NCBI GenBank assembly: GCA_012295275.1
Contig: CM022673.1
Location: 3,782,001-3,846,000, forward strand
Direction: 5' to 3'
Length of the DNA stretch: 64,000 nucleotides
DNA from: Chrysomallon squamiferum
Taxonomy: Eukaryota; Animalia; Mollusca
In this document: positions 1-12,680 of the stretch, piece after piece
How positions within the stretch are numbered: position 1 is the first letter of the stretch
Layout of the letters: each line of letters begins with the position of its first letter
Position numbers and translations under genes: made by a program
The notes under the pieces: generated by a model
Seen by the model: only the letters and a program-made list of their open reading frames with translations
The model's database searches: none
Told to the model about the DNA's origin: nothing

Positions 1-266
1 GCAAACACTTAAAGCTGAATGAACTCAAGGTAACACATGTTGACAAGTCGTTAATAAGAATCTTAACAGCTTTGAAAACTTAAAAAATATTTATTTGTTT
101 ATTAATTAATTAATCCATTCATTCATTCATTATTATTATTGTTATTGTTACTATTATTATTGTTGTTGTTGTTGTTGTTGTTGTTGTTATTATTATTATT
201 ATTTATATATTTTTTTTTTAGGCAGGTAGGAGGTATTCTTGTGTCTTAATGTAAGGTAGAGATTGG

Positions 267-269
<3 letters not shown>

Positions 270-311
<42 letters not shown>

Positions 312-352
312 TATGTGTGTGTGTGTATGTGTCTGTGTCTGTGTGTGTGTCT

Positions 353-399
<47 letters not shown>

Positions 400-489
400 A
401 TTATGTATAATTTACATATACACTTTGATATATTTACATGGATTAGGTGAATCTAAATATGTATTTATCAGTTGTGTATGTGTGTGTGT

Positions 490-578
<89 letters not shown>
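270..578. repeat. Two (TG)n microsatellites
   Basis: Directly visible. Confidence 0.95.
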
Positions 579-579
<1 letters not shown>

Positions 580-775
580 TTAAGAAGATGTATGTTAATG
601 TAGATGTGTGTTAGTATTTATATAAGCTGTTTGTTTCTGCTGTTGGCTGGTACATATGAGTCTTGTCCAGGAGTGAAAATTTATAGACAGATTTGTAAAT
701 AAATAATAAAAATTTATTTTCGAAACAATGAAACCCATGAATCTCACTCAAATCCAAGAGAATTTGATATACATA

Positions 776-808
<33 letters not shown>

Positions 809-1102
809 AGAATTAAACAAAGAAAATAAAGACAAAATAACCAATAAAAATGAAGACATAAATATTAAAAAAAAAAAATTAATACAAATATATAAAGTAC
901 ATGTATGAGTAAAAATTAAGAAAAATAAATATATATATTTTTTACAAAAGAGGTAAAAAAAAAAAAAAAATAAAAAAAATAAATAAATAAATATGTAAAT
1001 AAAATAAAACAAATCAAAAGAAAAGAAAACAAAACAGAACATATGACATAATATTAAAAGTGATCTGTTTTCAGAAATATTTCGACTTCCTATTTTACAT
1101 AC

Positions 1103-1306
1103 CCTCATCTGAGTCCACCAACCAGAATGGTTTACTCAGTTCTTCATCTTCTACGTATGTTTCGTCTGTGGCAGTTGCCTCCCCTGGTTTCAACTCGTAC
1201 GGAGTGTTGTCCTCTTTGTGAACTCTGTGTTTTGATTTACCAGCACAGCTTAGCAAGTCCATTTTGATTTTTAAAATTTTTCTTTTCCACTTACAGTAAC
1301 TTTCAC
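1103..1306 (-). CDS. Internal exon of an unidentified gene that continues off the left edge (ESYCKWKRKILKIK-MDLLSCAGKSKHRVHKEDNTPYELKPGEATATDETYVEDEELSKPFWLVDSDE-G)
   Basis: ttcag| acceptor, AGG|GTATGT donor, 204 nt open in phase 1/1, locally raised GC and protein-like composition. An internal ATG lies at 1262. The family is not recognised. Confidence 0.72.
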
Positions 1307-1980
1307 CTGAATGTAATTTTATATATAAACATATATCTACGCATATAATGGTGCTGGGTTTTTATATACAACAAAGTAAACATATCTCCTTGGTTACAAA
1401 AGATCATTTTGAAGCAAAAACAAAACAAGGTCATCTAGACGTTGATAATTCCGTCATATGTCAAGTAATAAATGATAAGCAAACAACAAGTTAACCATTC
1501 TGATAAATCTAAAGTACTGGTAGAAATGTAACAAGGTCAGCAAGCTTAGTGTTAGACACAACTAAAGATATATTTTTTTAAATATTAGTGTTGAAAATAG
1601 TAAAAGATTGAAAAGTTATAAACTAAAAGTTTCAGTGATAAAAAAGGCTTTAATCTGTTATTGTAAGGATTATCAGTATTTTCCAGATAACATTTTGTAA
1701 CAATGCCAACCTCTTACTCTATTATTATCATTTATTTGATTATTCTGTGTATTTACTGTTTTTAGTTTAAAAGTGGAATCACTCCACTGTTGTAATAACG
1801 AGGTATTATTTCAGTAAGTGGTGATAAATCTTTTGTGTGCACTTTCTCACAGAGAAGTATATAACACAGTTTTTGATAGTCTAGACACAGGTTTTTTTTT
1901 TTAAATATTCCAGAAATTAGAACTGGCAGATTTTGTTTACTATGTCAATAGTTTCATTTTGAATAATAAAATTATAATTA

Positions 1981-2021
<41 letters not shown>

Positions 2022-3621
2022 CAATAACAATAACAACAACAACAACAACAATAACAACAACATTAACAATAATAATAATAATAAAATAATAATAATAATA
2101 AAAATACATTTTTGAAAATATATTAAAATAAAAAAATAAAAAAATAAATGCAACTTAGAAAAGAAATAACTTAATGTATTTAAATAACCATTAAGCAAGC
2201 TTTTGATGCATTTGTTGTGGAGATACTATTTGGAATGGGAAATAGCCCAGTGGACATTCTGTGGAGAATAGATTGCACAACAACATAGCCTGTGATAGTT
2301 TTGAGAAACAGGCTGGAATATACAGCAATAACAAAACAGCTGTTACAGTGTTTATCAGACATAAAGATAATCAAGTTATAATTATACAAATTACTATTGG
2401 ACTAACACATTATGCCACAATTAACATTCCAGAAGATAATCAGGTTCTGCCATATCCATTAATATACTTTCAAAACAATACAATAACACATCATTAAGTA
2501 CACCTTGTCATTACCACGTACATCTTATCATAACTATGTATATTCTGTTATAACCATCCAGATCCTATCATAACAACATGTTCTATTGTAGCCATGAATT
2601 TCCTATTATAATTTTTGTATATCCTAGCATAGTATTTACAAATATAACTTGTAGTATTAAATAATAAATAATACTCTAAGTATAATATTATAAAAAATAA
2701 TACTCTAAGTATAATATTATAAACAAAACTTTTTGTGTAACTTTATAAGAAAGTATAATAGTATAAACTCATAAAGTTATATAACAATAAGCTTTCACAG
2801 TTATATATGTTACCTGTACTACTGGAACAACTGTTAATACAACACACAACACTTAAAGTGAATAAAGCAGAAGTTTCCCAATATTCAAGTTTTAACAACC
2901 TACGCTAGATAAAAATATCAGAGACAGATTACTATTGTGTCCTACCCATTTTAGATATACAGGTACCCTGCACAGCAAGTATCGTTAGTATGTTAAAATG
3001 TGTCTGTGTGTGCGCGTATGTATGTATTAATGTGTGTGACTATGTGTGTGTGAGTGGGGGGCTGTAGGTATACATACGTATATAAATATATAATTTATTA
3101 TTTTAACAAATAATATTAACTGTGGTGTCAAAACTATGGCTCTGGCATTGAAGTGATTTATTAAATCATTTAAAATTGTAGGCCATAGAAGGACTGTTTA
3201 AATCTGTTTAAGAAATTATACAGTCTAGACAGGGCTTGGATTGATGTATTGCTTAATAGTCACACAATGTATATGTAGATAAGACAGCTGACTATATTAC
3301 CTTACATTCAACTAAATGTTTACAAAAACCAGCAGTGTCAAGGTGTACAAGTTGCTGAAGATAACTGAGGCTGACAAGGGGTGGGTGTATACATGGGGTA
3401 CCTTTTTGCTATGTTTTCATCAAATGAGTGTATAAGCATGTACACTTTGGACAAAATTTCTTGTTTTGCAAGTCCAGTTGAAAAATAAGCTGAATGATAA
3501 ATAACAGAATCATTATTTAATTCCCATTCCAACCAAAGCTCCATATATTACTGTTAAAGTACAGGGGCAAGTTTGTTTTTTTTTCTGTTTTTTTAGCTGT
3601 TTATTGTAAACAGAATGATTT

Positions 3622-3692
<71 letters not shown>

Positions 3693-4489
3693 TTATTTTT
3701 ATTTTTAATTTTTAATTTTATTAAATATTAATTATCAGTGATTTGGAAACCCACCCAGTCTATTAAATTCCTTGGCCACTTTTATTACTCTGCACTGATA
3801 AAAATAAAAAAACCCAGGTGATATTAAACTGATCTTCATTGTTCTTAGACACTATTTATAAAAGAAACAAAAATCTGCTTAGGTTAGGGAAGGTACAGCA
3901 AATGACTTAGATAAAAAGCTGTTAAGAAACTTGTTTGTTTTGAAACACGATTCTACAGGTTTTTTTATCAGTTAAGATTATTAGTCAATGAACAGTTTCA
4001 GACATGCTAACCACTGATAAAATTTCTATAATATAAAATTTGATTATTACATTTTCAATTTCTGTAGCATTATATATAAAATTTTATGTACTTATATATT
4101 AAATTTATATGCTATTAAATTATATATTCATGTTCAACATTTATCATTTTCTTAACCCAGAAATCTTATGTTTATTTATTAAATAAAATCTAATTAAACT
4201 TTTAACCAGATATTCACTTCATTCCAAGTTTATCACAACTTTAATCTTTACTTAAAAACTATTTAAAATGTTGTAAATTTTTTTAAATCTGATAAAAAAA
4301 CAAACAAATTATTATTCTTTGTTAGAAGTAAAATTCTAAATGTTAATACTGTGCTAGAAATTAATAGATTTTAATTCTCAGAAAATCATTATAAGTTTTA
4401 AATTCATGGAAAATCAATAATAGATTTTTTAATTCTCAGAAAATTAGCATTGGCTCTTAAATTCTCAAAAAGATTTGATCATAATTTAT

Positions 4490-4850
4490 AACTTAACTAA
4501 ACCCTGATCATAAATCAGATCTAATGAAAAACTCAACCTAAACCATAACACTAAAATCAAACTCTATGTAAATTTTGCCTGAACCGTAATCTTAAATCAT
4601 ACTGTAATATAAAATTTAACTTAAACCCAAACCCAAACCCAAAAATCACACTTCATAAAAATATATTCTAAATCCTTACCCTAAATAGCACTCTAACTTA
4701 AAATTTAATCTAAACCCTAATCCTAAATCAAACCTAAAATAAAAATCATCCTGAACTCTAACATACAGTTTTATCTAAACCCTAATTCTAAATCAGACCT
4801 AACCTAAAATTAACCTAAGCTATAACCTCATTGTGACCTTAACTCTAAAA
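4490..4850. repeat. Degenerate minisatellite of about 41-42 bp built on CCCTAA-like hexamers
   Basis: Recurrent CTAAACCCTAATCCTAAATCA-like units. Confidence 0.6.
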
Positions 4851-5272
4851 AAGCAATAAATCTGATACTAAGTATAAAGATAGATGCTTGTATGTTTGAA
4901 AGTTTTTTATTTTTATTTTTATTTTTAAATTAACACAAGGGTATAGTGTTATTACTTCATAGAATATAGCAGTTAATACATTAATATAACAGATATGGTT
5001 ATATAACAGAATACAGTATATAGGTACAATAATAGAATATATCCAGATTATATAACAGTATACATTAGTATATTAATAGAACTACTAGATTATGCAATAG
5101 TAAATAATGCATTAAACATTAATAGGATAGTGACCAGTCTGGCACTGAATATAAAACTGAAAGCAAAATAAAAATGTTTATAAATCTTAATGACCTTGAA
5201 CTAAATCACTCTTATCTAAAACCATAAAACATGATAAAAGAATGTTATTGTTCCTAATGTCAAGTCCAAACA

Positions 5273-5314
<42 letters not shown>

Positions 5315-5717
5315 TTTTAAACAAGAAAAGCACATTTATTTATACATACATATATACAAACACAACATATAAGTATGCATATAATATATATGTATGTGCA
5401 TGTATGTATGCATGTTTGTATGCAGATACATATACATTTGTACAAGCATTCATACATACATATACACATACATGTTTTCATATACATGCATGAGTACACA
5501 CAATTATAAACCTGCGTATTTACGTACACAAAAGACACATGCATCTAAAAATAGAAATTACTACAGACCAAGCAGGAACAGCAATATTTACAAGCACTAT
5601 AACACAGCACAAACAATTAACAAGTACAATTAACAACATTCAAAAAAAAAAACTTATCACAAAGCTTATTATCATTATCAGAATGGTTTTCAAATCTGCT
5701 TTCTTTTTTTCTTTTAC

Positions 5718-5960
5718 CTTAATCAGAAGAACTCTTTCAACTGAAACCCAGAAATAACAGTTCTCGGTAACAAAAAAAGTAGAAGGTATCTCTCTATCTG
5801 CTAAAATACATTATATCTAGGCTATACGTGTGAACTCTGCCAAGTGAACAGTTTCCTATGTTCACGCCCCACTAAGTTACAAGGTCAGTGATAGACACAC
5901 ATATCTGTTACTTTGTGTACAACTTTTAGCCACTGGCGAGAAACGAAAGTGAAGATATAA
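5718..5960 (-). promoter_or_regulatory. Possible internal promoter and non-coding alternative first exon of the left gene
   Basis: Small CpG cluster inside a CpG-poor intron, a GGGGCGTG GC-box on the minus strand, an X-box-like GTTCTCGGTAAC (5760-5771) and an AAG|GTAAAA donor at 5718. Confidence 0.3.
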
Positions 5961-6128
5961 AAAGTCAGTGACCTTTGCTTCTGAAATATTTTGAAGTTAA
6001 TAGTGGAGAGAAAAAAAAAAAAAAAAAGCACCATAAGGAGACTGTTGTAAACAGATCTGTTGGATGGCAATTAAAAACAGGAAAATCAAGCTGGGAAAAA
6101 AGTTTTAAAGTAATATGAGTTATAAGAA

Positions 6129-6165
<37 letters not shown>

Positions 6166-7129
6166 TTCTCATGACATTAGTGTATTGTAGATATCCATTA
6201 CAGAGGGAAATTTATACAGTAATTTATATATGTATATATATATATTATTTAATCATTAGGTATTAGAAATAAAGAAACAAAAATAAATAGTAATTTTATT
6301 TTTTTAATTATTTGAACTGTAAAAAGAATGTGTCAACGACTGAGATCAAATAAATTTGTTGCATAATTTATTTAAATATAAAATACATGTTGCTCTGGGA
6401 AAAATATATATTTATATATAATGAGTCTATTACAGAGGCAATACATATTTATAATGTATATTTTTAACCACTAGTTATTACAAATTAATTTAAAATTGCA
6501 TACGTTATAAAATCTTTTTTATTGTTACTGGAAGAAGATTATATTTTTATATGTAAAATTTTGAATATCAAAATTAATTCAATGCATAATTTTTATAAAT
6601 ATATGCTTTAACCATCAAAAATTAATTTTTGAAAGAATATTAATATATTAAATATTCTTTAAGACAGAAAAATATGTATAATGTATACAAGTATTGCATA
6701 TTCTTAATAAAATTATAGCCTAATGTGAGTTACTCATTGAATATTGCTACATGGATGATGTAATTCTGTTATGATATTATTATATCTTTCTGTGAGAAAT
6801 TATACAGAGTAGACAAGTTTATTTTATACTAGTATTCTTTAAATACAAGTTCTCAGTAAATTTATATAATTTATACTGGTATGTACATATGTGTGTGTAT
6901 GTGTATGTGTATGTGTGTGTGTGTGTGTGTGTGTGGATGTGTGTGTATGTGTGTGTGTATGTGTGTGTGTGTGTGTTAAAGAGAGAGTATATATATGTAT
7001 GTGAGTGTCTGTGTTCATAATTGTGTTCTATTTAATATTATGAGTCTGTATTTTTACTTTATTCATTTGTATACAAAAGTGTATGCATGTGTCACAGACA
7101 AATGTGATAACCCAGATTTATCCAGTATG

Positions 7130-7612
7130 CACACACACTCACACCAAACTACCAATAGAACACACAAACTACCAACACAACACACAAACACACTATCAAT
7201 ACAACACACCAAATCAATACAACACACAAACACACCAAACTACCAACACAACACACAACCACACCAAACTACCAACACAACACACACTCACACCAAACTA
7301 CCAATAAAACACACAAACACACCAAACTACCAACACAACACACAAACACACCAAACTACCAACACAACACACACTCACACCAAACCAATAAAACACACAC
7401 ACACACAAAACTACCAAACAACACACACCAAACTCACAAAACTAAAACACCACACTCACACACACTACCCAAACTACCAACACAACACACACTCACACCA
7501 AACTACCAATACAACACACACTCACACCAAACTACCAACACAACACACACTCACACCAAACTACCAATAAAACACACACACAAACACACCAAACTACCAA
7601 TACAACACACAC
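7130..7612. repeat. Minisatellite, unit of about 27-29 bp (CACACCAAACTACCAACACAACACACACT)
   Basis: Roughly 15 or more directly visible variable copies. Explains the ORFs 6995-7570 and 7083-7307. Confidence 0.9.
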
Positions 7613-8125
7613 ACCGACACTGTCTCATATTATATCAACAGATTATAAGAAAAACAGAACAAAATTAAACAGATAAAAATAAAACAGAGTAAATGAGTAA
7701 TTTAGTGGTTTGCCAAGTAAAGGCAATGTGTTTATTCTATATGGAGGTAATTACAAATCATTATGTGTACCAGAACTTGGCAAAATAACAACTTACAACA
7801 CCTGTTGAAATAAAATTACTTATTTATACAACAAAAACTGAAAAACATTAATTTATTCATATATACACATCTTAATGCTAAGAAACAAAAAAAGAAAACA
7901 CCACGAAGAAAAGAAATATCATTACATTATATATATATATATATATTTTAATGTAAGGATAACAACAAAGATGTAAAATGAAAATTTTGAAATTATGCTA
8001 ATTAAAACTTTTTTTTTTTTAACATGAAACATAAAATATTATAAAATGTTTTCTTTTTCTTTTTTTCTTTTTGGATTTATTTAAAATCTTCGAGCTGTTG
8101 GCTTGTGAAGCAATCCTTACTAAAC

Positions 8126-8170
<45 letters not shown>

Positions 8171-8514
8171 CTGTTGACTCAGTCTTTTTACGTCATTTGT
8201 AAAAACACAATACTTTATAACATTTCACTACAGTTCACTGTAAGTGTGTACGATTGACATGTTTCAGTGTGTGAATCTGTATCATTGTATGTATTTTTGT
8301 ATAGGCATGGATGAATATATGTATTTATATTTGTCTGTGTTTATTTGTGTATATGTGTTAATGTCTGTATTTGTGAGAACAGAATATGCATATATTAATA
8401 TATATATAAATGTTCTAATGATTTATTATTTTCATTTTATTTCGCTTTTAATAGTTTGAACTAAAGTGATATATTATCAAAACTAGTTTTGCATATAGGT
8501 ATCCACCAGTTTTT

Positions 8515-8601
<87 letters not shown>

Positions 8602-9411
8602 ATATATATTATAGATATATATTTACTCAAATACTTCAGGTTTGTCTATGACAAGGTTCAGCAAAGTGGTCAGTATTGACCTCTTAGGACTGATGTGACT
8701 ATTCAAGGAGTGGACAAATATCAAAGAGGTCAAAAGAAGGTTAAAAAACACCAGACTCAATTATAAATATATTTTTATTTATATATTTATTTTTTAAAGT
8801 ATTAAAGTTTATTTTCCATCAAATAGAAAAATTGATTATTGATAATATTTAAATATTTATTTTACATGTTTGTAGATCAATGAGGTTGATGGTCTAATAG
8901 GTTTGTTGATTTCTGGTTTACATGGGTTGCATATTGATTACAGAATATCAATACAACACAAACAGATCAGTTTGCACTACAAATAAGGTGATATATATAT
9001 ATATATATATATATATAGTAATTTGGTTTATAATTACTGTTATATAATATGCTCTTTAGTTTAACTTCATATGTTCTTAAAATGCTAATTTCAGTGTTCT
9101 CCACCCTAAAACATGTTTATCTGGCCCAAAAAACCTATGTCAGAAAAAATAATAATAACAATGAGAGGAATATGTGATTCCATGGATAAATAATATGTAA
9201 ATTAAATATACCTCTTTTTAGTCAAAACATCAAATTTTACTTTAAAGATTTTTCTCAGGATGAAATCTAAACAACATTTACCCAAAACCTACTATTAATA
9301 TGGACTTAATAATGCAAATAATTTTAAAACATGTAATTACAGCTTTCATGTTAGCAACATCCATAACTCTTTATATAAATATACTATTCAAAGATCCTTT
9401 CTTATTCTCTC

Positions 9412-9463
<52 letters not shown>

Positions 9464-10137
9464 AATCTATTCAAGTAATAACTACCTTCATATTATACTA
9501 GTTATTTATTTTAAAATAAATTGTAGTATTCATTTTGTTTATAAATAAAAAAATAGATTTCATCCTTATTAAATTATTATTATTACTGACTCATAATATT
9601 TCTGATTCATAGTAAAAAAGTAATATAAAACAACTGTGAAAAAGATATTATGTACTTACATCAGCATATCATGCATATAATTTTATATATTTTTTTAATT
9701 AATTTTAAAATATTTTTACTGTCTGTTACCTAAAATTTATCAAATATATTCAAAATTGGAATATTAAATAGATTATTTTGACCTGTTTTTATTATTATTA
9801 CATATTGTTGTTACTGTTGTTTTTGCTTGTTTTTTTGTGTTTTAATTATGTATTTATCATATATTTTAAAATTATTAATATTATTTTATTATGTTTGTAG
9901 CAATAGGTATCAAGCAAAGATTTATTGTACAGAAATTAAATAAAACACAAAAATAAGTGCAGCTTTGATAACATGAATTTGATCTTTTATATGAAAATAA
10001 TATTCTGTTTTGATTATAACTATTTTTAAATTTAAATATATATATATTAATTTTAAATAAAAAAAACAATATTAAAGAAAAAGGATGTCATATCAGTAAT
10101 ATCTTTAAAGGAAACAATGCCATTTTACAATAATAAC

Positions 10138-10219
<82 letters not shown>

Positions 10220-10234
10220 CTATTTCAAACTTAC

Positions 10235-10481
10235 TGGAATTCGAAGGTTTAGCGGAAGTACTCTCCTCTGAACTCGATCGCCAGAAAAGGCTACTAATAC
10301 TTTTTGTGCTTATCATGTTTTTCTTCTTTACATTTGCAACATCCAAATTTCTATCGACCTTTCCCTGTGAGAGCGATTTAGTATGATCCAGTGGCGGATC
10401 AGCGATCTGTTTTAGAGGCGAGTCTTCGTTCAAAATCAGATACAAAGAATTTCGAAGAAACCAATGTAACTGCCTATACAT
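10235..10481 (-). CDS. Candidate first exon of the left gene (ATG at 10481 or 10316, ...SSLFWRSSSEESTSAKPSNS)
   Basis: CCA|GTAAGT donor in phase 1, in frame with exon 1103-1306. It lies at the CpG-rich/CpG-poor boundary. It could be partly 5'UTR. Confidence 0.55.
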
Positions 10482-12527
10482 GAACAGCGAAAACAAGACG
10501 CCATAGCAGGTACCCGTTTCAGAACTTCGTAAAAATTAACAGACAGAAAAATTAATCATATTAACTGAATGACACTTCTGAAATTAGTTTGACTTGAAAA
10601 CAGATCGTGTATGCCCTCTCATACCAACACATTTTTTTGTCGTCTTTTTCGTTTTTAGTCGTTTCACATTTTACTGTAATAACTTGCGAAGTGTAAAGCA
10701 TGTTTAGTACAACTGCTTTTAATGATGTCATATTTGATGTCATCAAAAAAATTCCAAAAAAAACAAAATGCTGTTATGATGTCAGAATATCAGAGTTCGA
10801 TCTTAAGTCTAGCCCGAAAGTGACGGGCAGGTCGAATCCCTGGGGTCAGAGAACGGCAAGATAATAATAATAACAACAATAACAATATTTTTAAATATAC
10901 GAGTCTCGTTTTCATCTTTTTTCATAAATTCCGACATTTTTATTGTTCGGAACAGTGCGGATTTCAGCTATTTTATGTACATAACTTATTATCAGTGTTT
11001 ATTTGTTTTTGTTTTTTATTTCCCCAAAGACTTCGTGATCCTCAGAAATCCAAAGCTCATGCTTATACGTGCGTAGCTCGTGTTGTCAATGCACATAATT
11101 CATGAATATTAAATAGAAAAGTCAACACTGTTATTAAAGTTTGGAAAAACATGGCCATTTTATTCAGTGATTTCGTTGTGGTTTATTTATTTATTTATTT
11201 ATTTATTTTTGTTGTTTGTTTTTGCTTTACATTTTGAAAAAGCGAAAAACCTCATGGATAAAAAAAAAAAAAAAAAAAAATAAAGTAAAATAAAATATAA
11301 TAAAAAATAAAGTTTTTAAAGAGGTAATACTGCAATGTATCTTATTCGATGCTTATTCTTGGCTTACGATCGGAATACTGACTGAATAAATATTTAACCT
11401 TACTGTTTTAAGATTTAAAATTTAAATACTCGAAATATTTAGTTGAAAATTTTGTAGGAAAATATTTAACAATCGGTTGATTCGCTCCAGCTACCGCTGT
11501 AAATATTTTATGAAAACCGCGGTGTTCTCTCAGTTTTATTTGCAAAATGACGACAAACATTAATGAAATCTAACTTAATTATAAAATTATCAGTTGAGCA
11601 AACATTCTACCAGGTTTCGCCGCAGTGAATTGTGCCTGTCGCTTATAAATTGATTTATTGAATAATTAACGTATCTAATTTTAAGGACGGCGATCGGAAC
11701 CATAGCAGCATTCTATATTTATCACGATGTTAACAATAACATCCCGTGCGTTGTCTTTTTTTTCTCCAGGATATTGTGATAGAAGGTCAAAAACAGAAGA
11801 AGAAGAAGAAAGAAAGAAAGAAATAATAACGATTAAATGAAGCAGACAGCTTCAGTGGATACATTTCTATAGAACACTGTCACGTGATCCCGTGGTCCTT
11901 TGATAATTTTGTTTACAATGAGATTTGTCTATGGCAGTCTTCTTCAATTTTTTCTTAAAATTCAAATACTTGGTCAGACCTATCATGTATATTTTTGTGA
12001 ATTCCAGCCGTGTTTTATACCCATGTGTTTTCAAGACGGCGATATTATAATCAAGATCGTACACTTCTCGGTCGTTTTTCATGAATTAATGATAGTAAGC
12101 TTGTAAGTTGTTGGACTTGTATTACATATTTTAATCATGTACTTTCACAGTTAACGAATATTCTAAACATCTTGACTAGTTACATAGAACTCACTGATTC
12201 ATAATGCAAAATGTACTAAAACGACTTTAACCATACACCAAAAATGTTCTACTAATAACTCGATAGATCCCATCGTTTTATTTCAGACACTTAAAATAAA
12301 TAAAATAATTAGAATAATTACACTGATAATATATAGAACAACAACAAAAAAAAAAAAAAAACCCAAGTATTTTAGAAAGTGCATATGCTAAAACGTGCTT
12401 TATGATATGCTATATAGTAGATGTATTTTGAATAATGAATCTCACATTGTTATTTCTCTAATTAATTATTTATTTACTGGTTGCTCAGAATTAATGTCAC
12501 ACCGTATTATTTATTTAGTCACGTCTG

Positions 12528-12680
12528 TGTTACGATGCACGTAAATGTATTGCGAGTTATGTATTCAGTTACGTTTGAGCTACGATGCACTTAAAATTAC
12601 TGTGGGTTATTTAACAAATTACTTTGGCGATACGTTTGTTTGTTAAAATGTATGTCATATGGAGTTATGTATTTAGTTAA
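12528..12680. repeat. Degenerate 50-bp tandem repeat
   Basis: TACGATGCAC.TAAA..TA.TG.G.GTTAT units, 2-3 copies. Confidence 0.55.

Noticed and set aside
611-1108. 165-aa Phe-rich ORF
   Set aside because: Low-complexity T-rich intron sequence downstream of the donor at 1102.
6995-7570. 191-aa His/Thr/Gln-rich ORF
   Set aside because: Translation of a T-poor minisatellite that lacks stop codons by composition.
10790-10850. tRNA-like motifs (GTTCGA, GGTCGAATCCC, small GCCCG hairpin)
   Set aside because: No cloverleaf can be built and the B-box is imperfect.
11867-12082. 71-aa minus-strand ORF MKNDREVYDLDY...
   Set aside because: No recognisable motif and no clear splice partners. Its length is compatible with chance.
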